This document shows positions 10,833 to 19,845 of a stretch of 62,214 bases of DNA, piece by piece. The position numbers were made by a program, and so were the translations under genes. Under the pieces are notes generated by a model, which ran no database searches, had not been told where the DNA came from, and was given only the letters and a program-made list of their open reading frames with translations. The stretch spans positions 1 through 62,214 of the forward strand of contig JBQTHQ010000073.1 in assembly GCA_052389695.1 (NCBI GenBank). Reading direction: 5' to 3'. The stretch is from Bacteroidota bacterium. GTDB lineage: Bacteria > Bacteroidota > Bacteroidia > 2-12-FULL-35-15. How positions within the stretch are numbered: the first letter of the stretch is position 1; the number at the start of each line of letters is the position of its first letter.

Positions 10833-10845
10833 AAGCGACAGAATA

Positions 10846-11919
10846 TCAGGGGCAGGTAACTGGCTTTCCCTGGCCATCTACTTGTTTTAATGAATTCAAA
10901 AATTTTAAATCTTTTGTATACTGGCCGCAAGCAAGAGTATCCAAGGTGATATAATACAATGGCCTGGTAAAGGGAGCTTTATTAAATCTTGAAGAAAAAA
11001 TGCCTAATCCGTTAGTAACATTGGTGAATTCCGGTTTTTCCTGAATGATTCCGGTTGAAGGTGCATTTACTTCAATAAATGTATTCAGGTCATCGCCCGC
11101 TGCAAGCACTCTCAATTCAACATTTCCTGCTTTACGCTTAAACAGATTGGGATAAGGAGCTAATTGATTTCCGATAAATTCGATAAAGTCTTTTCCACGA
11201 GAAACATTAGAAATTTTTTCAGTTCCATCCAAGCGTTCTGACTTTTGGGTACCAAGTACCCAATCCAAGACTTGATCAACAGAATCATCAACAACATTAT
11301 CTGAATTGTTATCAAGATAATCAGTATAATTTAACCGGATAGTTAATTGGTACAGTTTGCCATTTTTTGCTGAATTCCATTCCACAGTAAAAGGCTGATC
11401 GGGGTTATTGACGTTCACAAAGTTAAATGCAGTAGAACCTGCGAATGGTGCTGTAAAGGAAAAATCGCTTATTAACGATGTTCGCGCACTTACTTCATTT
11501 CCTGTTTCACTGTTTTTAATGACCAGCATATATTCACTATCACTAAATAACGTTGCTGTTGTTGAATAAATAGCATTCGCCTGATCGGGTGAATAAAACA
11601 CACCTGAATTTTTGGGTATTGTATTATCTGGAGAAAGTGGGATATCCGATCCAATCTGGTTTGGACCCTTAAACCGTTTTAAAACGACGTTCAATGCATT
11701 TACAAATTGTACAGAGTCTTTTATTTGTGCGAAATGCAATGCGTCCCCCTCTCCTAAAAATGCTTTATTTATTTTGATGTATTGTTTGGGTTGCGATTGA
11801 TCCAGCAATCCATACACAACCATTGTTTCTTTATAATTGCCAATAACATCCAGATCGGTACTGCAAGCTGATAAAAGAATTGTAATTGCAAACAGGGGAT
11901 AAACAAATGACTTTTTCAC
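10846..11919 (-). CDS. DUF4249-like lipoprotein
   Basis: Lipobox LSAC; VVYGLLD...QYIKINKAF; C-terminal FTNVTNGLGIFSSR; GTG start. Confidence 0.7.
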   Translation of the reverse strand: MKKSFVYPLFAITILLSACSTDLDVIGNYKETMVVYGLLDQSQPKQYIKINKAFLGEGDALHFAQIKDSVQFVNALNVVLKRFKGPNQIGSDIPLSPDNTIPKNSGVFYSPDQANAIYSTTATLFSDSEYMLVIKNSETGNEVSARTSLISDFSFTAPFAGSTAFNFVNVNNPDQPFTVEWNSAKNGKLYQLTIRLNYTDYLDNNSDNVVDDSVDQVLDWVLGTQKSERLDGTEKISNVSRGKDFIEFIGNQLAPYPNLFKRKAGNVELRVLAAGDDLNTFIEVNAPSTGIIQEKPEFTNVTNGLGIFSSRFNKAPFTRPLYYITLDTLACGQYTKDLKFLNSLKQVDGQGKPVTCP

Positions 11920-12119
11920 TCTTAATAAATTTTGAATTTAAGGGATGATGAGGCACAAATGTATTAATTAATTTGATTCTTAACTAATATCTAAATTTAA
12001 AAAGATCCCGCAAAGGCGGGATTAATTCGATGCCATAGGCATCCTTTTGGTACTAAGGTTTTCATCTCCTCAAAATTGCGGAGATTAAAAACCAGTCTCA
12101 TTAATATAAAAAAGTATTG

Positions 12120-12127
12120 TAGCTTTG
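12120..12127 (+). promoter_or_regulatory. Bacteroidota sigmaA -7 element for panB
   Basis: TAGCTTTG matches TAnnTTTG. Confidence 0.55.
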
Positions 12128-12170
12128 TGGAAGGGTAAATGAGTTTTCTTTAATTTTCATGCTAACGCTC

Positions 12171-12237
12171 AGATATTTCGCTGCGCTCAATATGACAAAA
12201 CCCAAGCACTTGTCATTCTGAACGAAGTGAAGAATCT
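12171..12237. repeat. Inverted pair of GTCATTCTGAAC-type REP-like arms in the panB leader
   Basis: AGATATTTCGCTGCGCTCAATATGACAA ... TTGTCATTCTGAACGAAGTGAAGAATCT, imperfect 28-bp inverted repeat. Confidence 0.75.
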
Positions 12238-12254
12238 CATAAATCAAAATAAAA

Positions 12255-13070
12255 ATGTCGGTACATAAAGAAGTTAAAAAGGTAACTACCAATGTGTTGC
12301 AGGAAATGAAACGCAAGGGTGAAAAAATATCAATGCTTACTGCCTACGATTATACTATGGCTAAAATTGTGGATCATGCGGGGATAGATGTAATATTAGT
12401 TGGTGACAGCGCTTCCAATGTGATGGCCGGACATGAAACTACACTTCCTATTACCTTGGATCAGATGATCTACCATGCATCGTCTGTGGTGCGTGCTGTT
12501 AACAGGGCATTAATAGTGGTGGACCTGCCTTTTGGAACTTACCAGGGAAATTCGAAAGAAGCCTTGAACTCTGCTATAAAAATAATGAAAGAAAGCGGTG
12601 CCCATGCAGTGAAACTCGAAGGCGGTAAAGAAGTTAAGGAATCGGTTGAACGTATTTTAAGTGCCGGCATACCTGTAATGGGACATCTTGGTTTAACTCC
12701 CCAAAGCATTTATAAATTTGGAACATACAATGTGCGGGCAAAAGAAACAGAAGAAGCAAAACGTTTGATTGAAGATGCATTGGTATTGGAAAAATCAGGA
12801 TGCTTTGCTTTGGTATTGGAAAAAATTCCGGCAAAATTAGCGGGACAGGTTGCAAAAAAAATATCCATTCCGGTAATAGGAATTGGTGCAGGTGGTGGCG
12901 TTGACGGACAGGTTCTTGTTTTTCATGATATGGTTGGATTGAACAATGAATTTAATCCTCGTTTTTTAAGACGTTATTTGAATTTGTATAATGATATTAC
13001 TAAAGCAGTAGGAAAATATATTAAGGATGTAAAATCAAAAGACTTTCCTAACAACAAGGAGCAATACTAA
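12255..13070 (+). CDS. panB: 3-methyl-2-oxobutanoate hydroxymethyltransferase
   Basis: [27 protein letters not shown] and DGQVLV. Confidence 0.97.
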   Translation: MSVHKEVKKVTTNVLQEMKRKGEKISMLTAYDYTMAKIVDHAGIDVILVGDSASNVMAGHETTLPITLDQMIYHASSVVRAVNRALIVVDLPFGTYQGNSKEALNSAIKIMKESGAHAVKLEGGKEVKESVERILSAGIPVMGHLGLTPQSIYKFGTYNVRAKETEEAKRLIEDALVLEKSGCFALVLEKIPAKLAGQVAKKISIPVIGIGAGGGVDGQVLVFHDMVGLNNEFNPRFLRRYLNLYNDITKAVGKYIKDVKSKDFPNNKEQY

Positions 13071-13176
13071 CTCAACGAATTACTAATCTATCGAATACCA
13101 AATCTATATTCGGTATTCTATAAATGTATATTCATTGAGACATAAAATTATTTATCTTTAAGTAAAATTATTTGCA

Positions 13177-13404
13177 ATGTCAGCCAATCTTTCACAAATA
13201 TTAAAATTAAGTATTCATGAACGCATTCTTCTTGTAGAAGCTATTTGGGATAGCATTGTCAAAGAAAATGATAAAAAAAACAGTTACCAACTAAGCGATG
13301 AGCAAATAGATTTTTTAGAAGAAGAAATTGCAGCTTATGCCAAAAATCCGGAGGAAGGAAGTAGTTGGGACGAAATAAAAAAAAGAATTAAAAATAAAAA
13401 ATGA
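13177..13404 (+). CDS. Addiction module antitoxin (TIGR02574-like)
   Basis: LSIHERILLVEAIWDSI...SWDEIKKRI; 4-bp overlap with the ParE-like gene. Confidence 0.85.
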   Translation: MSANLSQILKLSIHERILLVEAIWDSIVKENDKKNSYQLSDEQIDFLEEEIAAYAKNPEEGSSWDEIKKRIKNKK

Positions 13405-13696
13405 GCAATCGGCTTATTATTCGTCAACGTGCCGAGATACAAATTACTGAAGCTTTTACCTGGTATGAAAATAAACAATCAGATTTAGGTAATGATTTTT
13501 TGATTTCCCTAGAAGATTCGCTGACTATTATTGAACTCAATCCACAAGCATTTCAGCTGAAATACAAACACATCAGAGTTATCTATATTAAACGATTTCC
13601 ATTCGGAATATTTTACTCAGTGGAAAAAGAAAGGATTGTAGTAATACTGTTTTTCACTTGAGTAGAAATCCCAGACTTTGGAAAAAATTAAGATAA
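13401..13696 (+). pseudogene. RelE/ParE family toxin with apparent 1-nt frameshift near the 3' end
   Basis: EAFTWYE...LGNDF...RFPFGIFY. The annotated frame stops at 13661, while the ParE tail VFHLSRNPRLWKKLR* continues in another frame to 13696. Confidence 0.75.
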
Positions 13697-13698
13697 GT

Positions 13699-14391
13699 AT
13701 GGCATCAACTATTGAAGTATTATACGAAGACAACCACATCATTGCTGTCAATAAGCGTCCTTCAGATATTGTACAAGGCGATAAAACAGGCGACACTCCT
13801 CTTAGTGAATTTGTTAAACAATACATCAAAAAAAAATACAATAAACCCGGTGAAGTATTTATAGGTACTGTGCATCGCATTGATCGACCAGTAAGTGGCA
13901 TCGTTTTGTTTGCCAGGACCAGCAAAGCCTTAGCAAGACTTAATCAAATGTTCCAGACCAAAGAAATTCAAAAAACATATTGGGCAGTTGTAAAAAATAA
14001 ACCAAAAAACATAAGTGGAAAGCTCATTCATTATTTGAAAAAGAATGAGGCAAAAAACATGTCAAAAGCGTTTGAAAAAGAAACGCAGGGAACTTTACGC
14101 TCTGAATTAGATTATGAACTGATCTATAGTTCAGATAATTATCATTTACTGGAAATAAAACCGCTCACCGGACGCCATCATCAAATACGTGTACAACTTT
14201 CGGCAATGGGCTGCCCAATAAAAGGAGATCTGAAATATGGTTTCGACAGAAGTAATAAAGATGCTTCTATACACTTGCATGCACGAAAAGTAGAATTTAT
14301 TCATCCTGTAAAAAAAGAGTCTATTATTATTGTGGCCCCACCACCGAATGAAGTGCTTTGGAACGAGTTTGCAAAAAGAGTTGGAAGCTAA
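13699..14391 (+). CDS. RluA family pseudouridine synthase
   Basis: LYEDNH, HRIDRPVSG, TGRHHQIRVQ, PIKGDLKYG and LHA. Confidence 0.95.
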   Translation: MASTIEVLYEDNHIIAVNKRPSDIVQGDKTGDTPLSEFVKQYIKKKYNKPGEVFIGTVHRIDRPVSGIVLFARTSKALARLNQMFQTKEIQKTYWAVVKNKPKNISGKLIHYLKKNEAKNMSKAFEKETQGTLRSELDYELIYSSDNYHLLEIKPLTGRHHQIRVQLSAMGCPIKGDLKYGFDRSNKDASIHLHARKVEFIHPVKKESIIIVAPPPNEVLWNEFAKRVGS

Positions 14392-14394
14392 AAT

Positions 14395-14799
14395 TCACCA
14401 CTCCTTCTTCCGCATTTTTTTAATCTCCGAATTTCTTTTTTTGGATTTTAAGCGTTTTTCTTTAGCTGTTTTGGAAGGCTTTGTAGCTTTACGTTTCTTC
14501 TTAACAATAAAACATTTATTCAATAGCTCATAAAACTTTTTGATCACTATTTCCTTATTCCCCAATTGATTTCTTTCGGCTTGAGAAATGATTTGCAAAA
14601 CGCCATCCTTTGTAATTTTATTATTAAGCTTATTTAAGATAATTTCTTTTTGTTCAGCGTTAAGCAAGGCAGAATTCACAACATCAAAATCAAGCTCCAC
14701 TTTTGTAGCTACCTTATTTACGTTTTGTCCACCGGCACCACCGCTGCGACTGGTTTTAAATTTAAATTCCGGATCGAATTGAATTCCTTTGATATCCAT
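14395..14799 (-). CDS. arfB: Alternative ribosome-rescue aminoacyl-tRNA hydrolase ArfB
   Basis: SRSGGAGGQNVNKVAT (GGQ) and basic C-terminal tail KRKATKPS. Confidence 0.93.
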   Translation of the reverse strand: MDIKGIQFDPEFKFKTSRSGGAGGQNVNKVATKVELDFDVVNSALLNAEQKEIILNKLNNKITKDGVLQIISQAERNQLGNKEIVIKKFYELLNKCFIVKKKRKATKPSKTAKEKRLKSKKRNSEIKKMRKKEW

Positions 14800-14832
14800 A
14801 AGCCAAATTTACGTATAAATTATACTTTATAT

Positions 14833-14909
14833 TGTTCGACCCCTCCGGGGTCGTATGTTTGTAGAAAAAACGTATTTCTATAAATATGCGACCCCGGAGG
14901 GGTCGAACA
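14833..14909. repeat. REPIN-like long palindrome (two CGACCCCTCCGGGGTCG units)
   Basis: 35-bp arms with 3 mismatches, all G:T-type; each arm has an internal hairpin. Confidence 0.88.
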
Positions 14910-14952
14910 TTTAATAGTTTTATATTAAAATTGGAGTTTATTAATTATTTTT

Positions 14953-16242
14953 ATGATAATGAAAAATTGCTTATTTAGTCTGTTATTTTTTAGTTCTGTT
15001 TTTTTCTGTTTCTCCCAGGATACTGCAGTTGAAAACAAAATAAAATATTATACTCAAAAAGCAGATCGCTATTTAGATAAACAAAAAGCGCTTTCCTCTT
15101 TTTATGCGATCAATAATAAAGGTATCAGTATATATGCTTCATCAAAGGATAAATTAGCTGATTCGGCTGAATTTCGGATCAAATGGGATCAGGTTGAAAG
15201 TTTTAATCAGTTTTTAAAAGCATATTCTCCGAATACCATCCAAAAATTTTACCTATCAAAAAAATTTGATCCTACAAGTATTACTTCAAATAAAGCTATT
15301 GCAAAAATTGACCCGGCAAAAAAGTTATCCGGTTTAAAAATAGCCATTGATGCAGGACATGTAGCCGGTGACTTTAAAACAGGTCAGACAGAAAGTAAAT
15401 GTTTGGAATTTACCTGTGATAATTTAAAAGGCAATAAAGATTCTATTGAAATAGCCGAAGGAATGTTAACCTACGCCACTGCTAAATTATTAAAAGAAAA
15501 ATTAGAAGCGCAAGGTGCTGAGGTTTTTTTAACACGCCCTTTTAATGGTTGTACTGCTTTTGGAGTAAGCTTTGAAGATTGGCTAAAGACAAGTTATAAA
15601 TCAACATTGGATAGTTTATACAAAATAAAAGAAATCACATTGGATAAAAAAAATTGGTTACTCAGCAAAGCCAGCAAGCGTGATAAGTTCCGTTTAGTAT
15701 TTAAAGATATGGAATTACAAAAACGTGCAGAGATGATTAATAACTACAAACCTGATTTTACCATTATCATTCATTACAACGTAGATGAAACCAATACCGG
15801 CTGGACAAAACCAAGCAACAAAAATTTTAATATGGCATTTGTGGGTGGGGCGTTTATGAGAAGTGATCTTTCATCCCCACGAAAACGTTTTGAATTTTTA
15901 CGGTTATTAGTGAGTGATGATCTTGAAAGATCAATTGCATTAAGCTCTTCTGTTGTAAAAAGTTTTGAAAAAAACCTGAATGTTAAAACTGCCGGCCCAA
16001 AAGATGCTACCTATTTAACAGAAGGCTGTTTGCCTACACCTGAAAAAGGTGTTTATTGCCGTAATCTTCAATTAACCCGCTATATTCATAGCCCCCTGGT
16101 GTACGGTGAAACTCTTTATCAGGATAATGTCAGCGAATGTATTTTGCTTAATCAGGAAACTGACAAAACAAAAAATTTACGTGTACAACAAGTGGCGGAG
16201 GCTTATTTTCAGGGAGTATTGAATTACGCCTTCACCAAATGA
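14953..16242 (+). CDS. N-acetylmuramoyl-L-alanine amidase (Amidase_3), exported
   Basis: IAIDAGH, AEGML, VFLTR, IIIHYN and VYGE zinc-amidase motifs; signal peptide. Confidence 0.8.
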   Translation: MIMKNCLFSLLFFSSVFFCFSQDTAVENKIKYYTQKADRYLDKQKALSSFYAINNKGISIYASSKDKLADSAEFRIKWDQVESFNQFLKAYSPNTIQKFYLSKKFDPTSITSNKAIAKIDPAKKLSGLKIAIDAGHVAGDFKTGQTESKCLEFTCDNLKGNKDSIEIAEGMLTYATAKLLKEKLEAQGAEVFLTRPFNGCTAFGVSFEDWLKTSYKSTLDSLYKIKEITLDKKNWLLSKASKRDKFRLVFKDMELQKRAEMINNYKPDFTIIIHYNVDETNTGWTKPSNKNFNMAFVGGAFMRSDLSSPRKRFEFLRLLVSDDLERSIALSSSVVKSFEKNLNVKTAGPKDATYLTEGCLPTPEKGVYCRNLQLTRYIHSPLVYGETLYQDNVSECILLNQETDKTKNLRVQQVAEAYFQGVLNYAFTK

Positions 16243-16327
16243 CCCACCTATAATATTCTTGTATCTTTTTTAAGCGTGTTGCATTATGAGGTTAAAATCA
16301 GTATTAACCTTTTAAAACTTTACAATC

Positions 16328-17887
16328 ATGGCAGCTGCAAAAGACACTCCCCGTCAAAAAATGATCGGTATGATGTACTTAGTACTCACCGCATTATTAG
16401 CATTAAATGTTTCTAAAGATATTTTAGATGCATTTGTGGTAGTTAATAAAGGATTGGAAAATACAAACAATAATTTTACTGACCGGAATGAAAATCTTTA
16501 TGCACAATTCGATCTTGCAAAAAGCATTGATCCTGTATTGGTAATACCCAACTGGAAAAAAGCACAGGAAATAAAAAAAGAATCAGATGAACTGAGCAAC
16601 TTTATTGACAAGCTTCAAAAACAGCTGGTTGAAGAAACCGAAGGTATTGAACAAGATGTTGCAGATACCTTACAGATGGCAAATATTGAAAGCAAAGATA
16701 ATTACGATATCCCCACTAATATTTTAATTGGCGATTCAGAAGATGGTTCTGCAGGTGCATCAGGTGAATTAAAAAAGAAGTTGATCGAATACAGAACAAA
16801 ACTCAACAGTTATATTTTACCAGTTGATAAAACCAAAGTAAAAGTAGATATCAATACCGATGATCCAATATACAGTGAGGAAAATGAAAATTGGGAGATG
16901 TATAATTTTTATAATCGTCCTCTGGTAGCAAGTATGACTATTTTATCAAAACTCAAAAGCGATGTAAAAAATGCTGAATCATTGTTAGTTGATTATTTAC
17001 TAAAACAAAATGATGTAGAAGTTATGAAGTTTGATACCATTGCCGCAAAGGTTATTCCTCAAAGCAATTATGTTTTACTGGGTGAAAAATATACAGCTGA
17101 TATATTTATTGCAGCTTTTAGTAAAACAAAAAAGCCGGAAGTAGTTGTAGACAATAATCCCATTGAAGTACAAAAAGGATTGGGAAAATATTCTTCAGTA
17201 ACTACCAAAGAAGGAATTATAAATTATTCAGGAACAATAAAAATGGTTTCACCAAAAGGAAAAGAAGTGATATTCCCTTTTAAATCAGAATATATTGTAG
17301 CAAGGCCTGCCTTGACCGTTTCTGCAGATAAAATGAATGTGGTATATTTTGGACTGGATAATCCAATTTCAGTTTCGGTACCGGGAATACCGAACGAGCG
17401 TTTAACAGTTTCTGCAACGAATGCCATCTTAAGACCGGATGGAAATGGAAAATTTATAATGAAGGTAAACAGAGGGCCGAATGTAGATGTGAATGTTTTT
17501 GCAACAATGGAAAATGGTGAAAGAAGAAATATGGGTATCATGTCATTCAGAGTAAAGCAAATCCCAAAGCCATCTGCAAAATTTGGTGATCTGATCGAAA
17601 GCGGGAAAATGAGCAAGAGTAAAATTGAATCCCAAATGGGTCTAATCGCTTTTTATGACAACTTTGATTTTAAAGCAACACCTAAAGTTACTTCTTTTAA
17701 AATGGCTATATCCAGTGCAGCAGGAGTAAGCGAATTAAAATCAACCGGTAATTTAGTTACTGATGAGATGAAGAAACAGATCAAATCACTTAAGAAAGGG
17801 CAAAAGGTAATATTCGAAGAGATCAATGCAGTTGGACCGGATGGAATTACAAAGAAATTAAGTGACCTGGTTGTTACAGTATTGTAG
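16328..17887 (+). CDS. gldM: GldM/PorM family gliding motility/T9SS protein (stand-alone copy)
   Basis: TPRQKMIGMMYLVLTALLALNVSKDILDAF; VSADKMNVVYFGLDNPISVSVPG. Confidence 0.88.
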   Translation: MAAAKDTPRQKMIGMMYLVLTALLALNVSKDILDAFVVVNKGLENTNNNFTDRNENLYAQFDLAKSIDPVLVIPNWKKAQEIKKESDELSNFIDKLQKQLVEETEGIEQDVADTLQMANIESKDNYDIPTNILIGDSEDGSAGASGELKKKLIEYRTKLNSYILPVDKTKVKVDINTDDPIYSEENENWEMYNFYNRPLVASMTILSKLKSDVKNAESLLVDYLLKQNDVEVMKFDTIAAKVIPQSNYVLLGEKYTADIFIAAFSKTKKPEVVVDNNPIEVQKGLGKYSSVTTKEGIINYSGTIKMVSPKGKEVIFPFKSEYIVARPALTVSADKMNVVYFGLDNPISVSVPGIPNERLTVSATNAILRPDGNGKFIMKVNRGPNVDVNVFATMENGERRNMGIMSFRVKQIPKPSAKFGDLIESGKMSKSKIESQMGLIAFYDNFDFKATPKVTSFKMAISSAAGVSELKSTGNLVTDEMKKQIKSLKKGQKVIFEEINAVGPDGITKKLSDLVVTVL

Positions 17888-17907
17888 TGAGTGGTGTGTA
17901 TAGTGAT

Positions 17908-17935
17908 AGAGCAGTCCCGAATTCGGGGCTGCTCT
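17908..17935 (+). terminator. Intrinsic terminator after gldM
   Basis: AGAGCAGTCCCG-AATT-CGGGGCTGCTCT then TATTTATTTT. Confidence 0.7.
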
Positions 17936-17958
17936 TATTTATTTTGTATATTTATTCG

Positions 17959-18726
17959 ATGGAATACCTAATCACTTGTTTAGTTGCTTTTCTCGGTTCA
18001 GGACTCACTTTATTTTCGGGTTTTGGACTGGGCACATTGCTTATTCCTGCCTTTGCATTATTTTTTCCAATTGAGATTGCTATCGCGCTAACAGCAATTG
18101 TTCACTTTCTGAATAATATATTTAAGTTAATATTGCTTGGCAAACACGCTGATAAGGAAATAATACTTCGCTTTGGAATTCCTTCTGTAATTGCAGCATT
18201 TGCGGGAGCTTACCTGCTTACTCAGTTGACACACCTTCAACCACTTGCAGATTATTCTTTACAGGGCAAACTATTTTTTATCACTCCTGTAAAAGCTATG
18301 ATTGGAGCGTTGATGATCTTTTTTGCTTTGTTTGATATTATTCCTTCACTTGCCAATATCCAGTTTGATAGAAAATTTCTTCCACTGGGTGGAGTATTGA
18401 GTGGGTTCATCGGTGGCCTTTCCGGACACCAGGGTGCATTAAGAAGCGCATTCCTTATCCGCGCCAATCTTACCAAAGAAGTATTTATTGCCTCGGGAGT
18501 TGTAATTGCCTGTTTAACGGATATTTCAAGATTAACTGTATATGCGGGAAAATTCTTCACACACAAATTTAATTATCCTTTAATTATTGCAGCCACACTT
18601 TCCGCTTTTACAGGCGCTTATTTTGGAAATAAGTTTGTAAAAAAAATAACGATCAAAGCTTTACAAATTATAGTTGCTGTGATGTTGATAGTATTTGGCG
18701 TATTATTGATATTGGGAATACTTTAA
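17959..18726 (+). CDS. Sulfite exporter TauE/SafE (TSUP) family membrane protein
   Basis: FSGFGLGTLL and GFIGGLSGHQGALRSAFL; multiple TM helices; start moved to ATG 17959. Confidence 0.88.
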   Translation: MEYLITCLVAFLGSGLTLFSGFGLGTLLIPAFALFFPIEIAIALTAIVHFLNNIFKLILLGKHADKEIILRFGIPSVIAAFAGAYLLTQLTHLQPLADYSLQGKLFFITPVKAMIGALMIFFALFDIIPSLANIQFDRKFLPLGGVLSGFIGGLSGHQGALRSAFLIRANLTKEVFIASGVVIACLTDISRLTVYAGKFFTHKFNYPLIIAATLSAFTGAYFGNKFVKKITIKALQIIVAVMLIVFGVLLILGIL

Positions 18727-18784
18727 TGCTGTACATTCAAGTTTTATATTCACTCTATTTATCTTTAATCATTAGTTAAAAAGT

Positions 18785-19825
18785 ATGAAATATAATTTTA
18801 TTCCCAACACACAATTGAATGTCAGCAGGATTTGCTTAGGCACTATGACATTTGGAGAACAAAACACCGAAGCCGAAGCTCATCAACAATTAGATTATTC
18901 CGTTGAACGAGGAATTAATTTTATTGATGCTGCTGAAATGTACCCCATACCCCGTAACGAAAAAACCCAGGGAAGAACCGAAGAATATATTGGTAACTGG
19001 CTCCAAAAAACGGGTAAAAGAAAAGACATTATCATTGCCACTAAGATCACCGGTCCGGATAGATCCCTTAGCCATATCCGAGATCCTCTTAATTTTTCAA
19101 AAGAACAGATCAATGAAGCTGTGAACGGAAGTTTAAAAAGGTTAAAAACAGATTACATTGATCTGTATCAACTTCACTGGCCCGAAAGAAAAAATCAACG
19201 ATTTGGAATACGGTACTATCAATTTGACCCTAATGAACAATGGAAAAATAATTTTCATTCGGTATTACAATCTTTAGATGAATTGATAAAATCAGGAAAG
19301 ATCAGGCACATAGGTATTTCCAATGAAACACCATGGGGAGTAATGCGTTTCCTGGAAGAATCAAAAAAGCATGGATTGCCACGCATGGTAAGTATTCAAA
19401 ATGCATATAGTTTGTTGAATCGTACCTTTGAGCACGGACTTTCTGAAATTTGTCTTCGTGAAAGTCTTGGCCTGATTGCATATTCTCCACTTGCTTTTGG
19501 GATTCTATCCGGGAAGTACCATCGCAACGAAAAAACAGAAAAAGCTCGGCTTACTTTATTTCCGCAGTTTGCGCGTTATAAAACCGAGAATGCAAAGCAG
19601 GCTGTAGCTGCTTATTGTCAGCTTGCCGACAACCATGGTTTAGTACCTGCTCAGATAGCACTTGCTTATATAAAAGATAAACCTTTTCTAAGCAGTTATA
19701 TTATTGGTGCAACAAGTATGGTGCAACTGAAAGAAAATATTGAAAGTATTAATGTTCAATTGGATAAGGAAATAATAGTTGAGATTGAAAAAATAATGGA
19801 GCTGTATCCTGATGCGGCACCGTAA
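18785..19825 (+). CDS. NADP(H)-dependent aldo-keto reductase (Tas-like)
   Basis: LGTMTFGEQN, NFIDAAEMYP, DLYQLHWP and IGISNET. Confidence 0.93.
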   Translation: MKYNFIPNTQLNVSRICLGTMTFGEQNTEAEAHQQLDYSVERGINFIDAAEMYPIPRNEKTQGRTEEYIGNWLQKTGKRKDIIIATKITGPDRSLSHIRDPLNFSKEQINEAVNGSLKRLKTDYIDLYQLHWPERKNQRFGIRYYQFDPNEQWKNNFHSVLQSLDELIKSGKIRHIGISNETPWGVMRFLEESKKHGLPRMVSIQNAYSLLNRTFEHGLSEICLRESLGLIAYSPLAFGILSGKYHRNEKTEKARLTLFPQFARYKTENAKQAVAAYCQLADNHGLVPAQIALAYIKDKPFLSSYIIGATSMVQLKENIESINVQLDKEIIVEIEKIMELYPDAAP

Positions 19826-19845
19826 GGAAAGAAACCCCACCCCAA

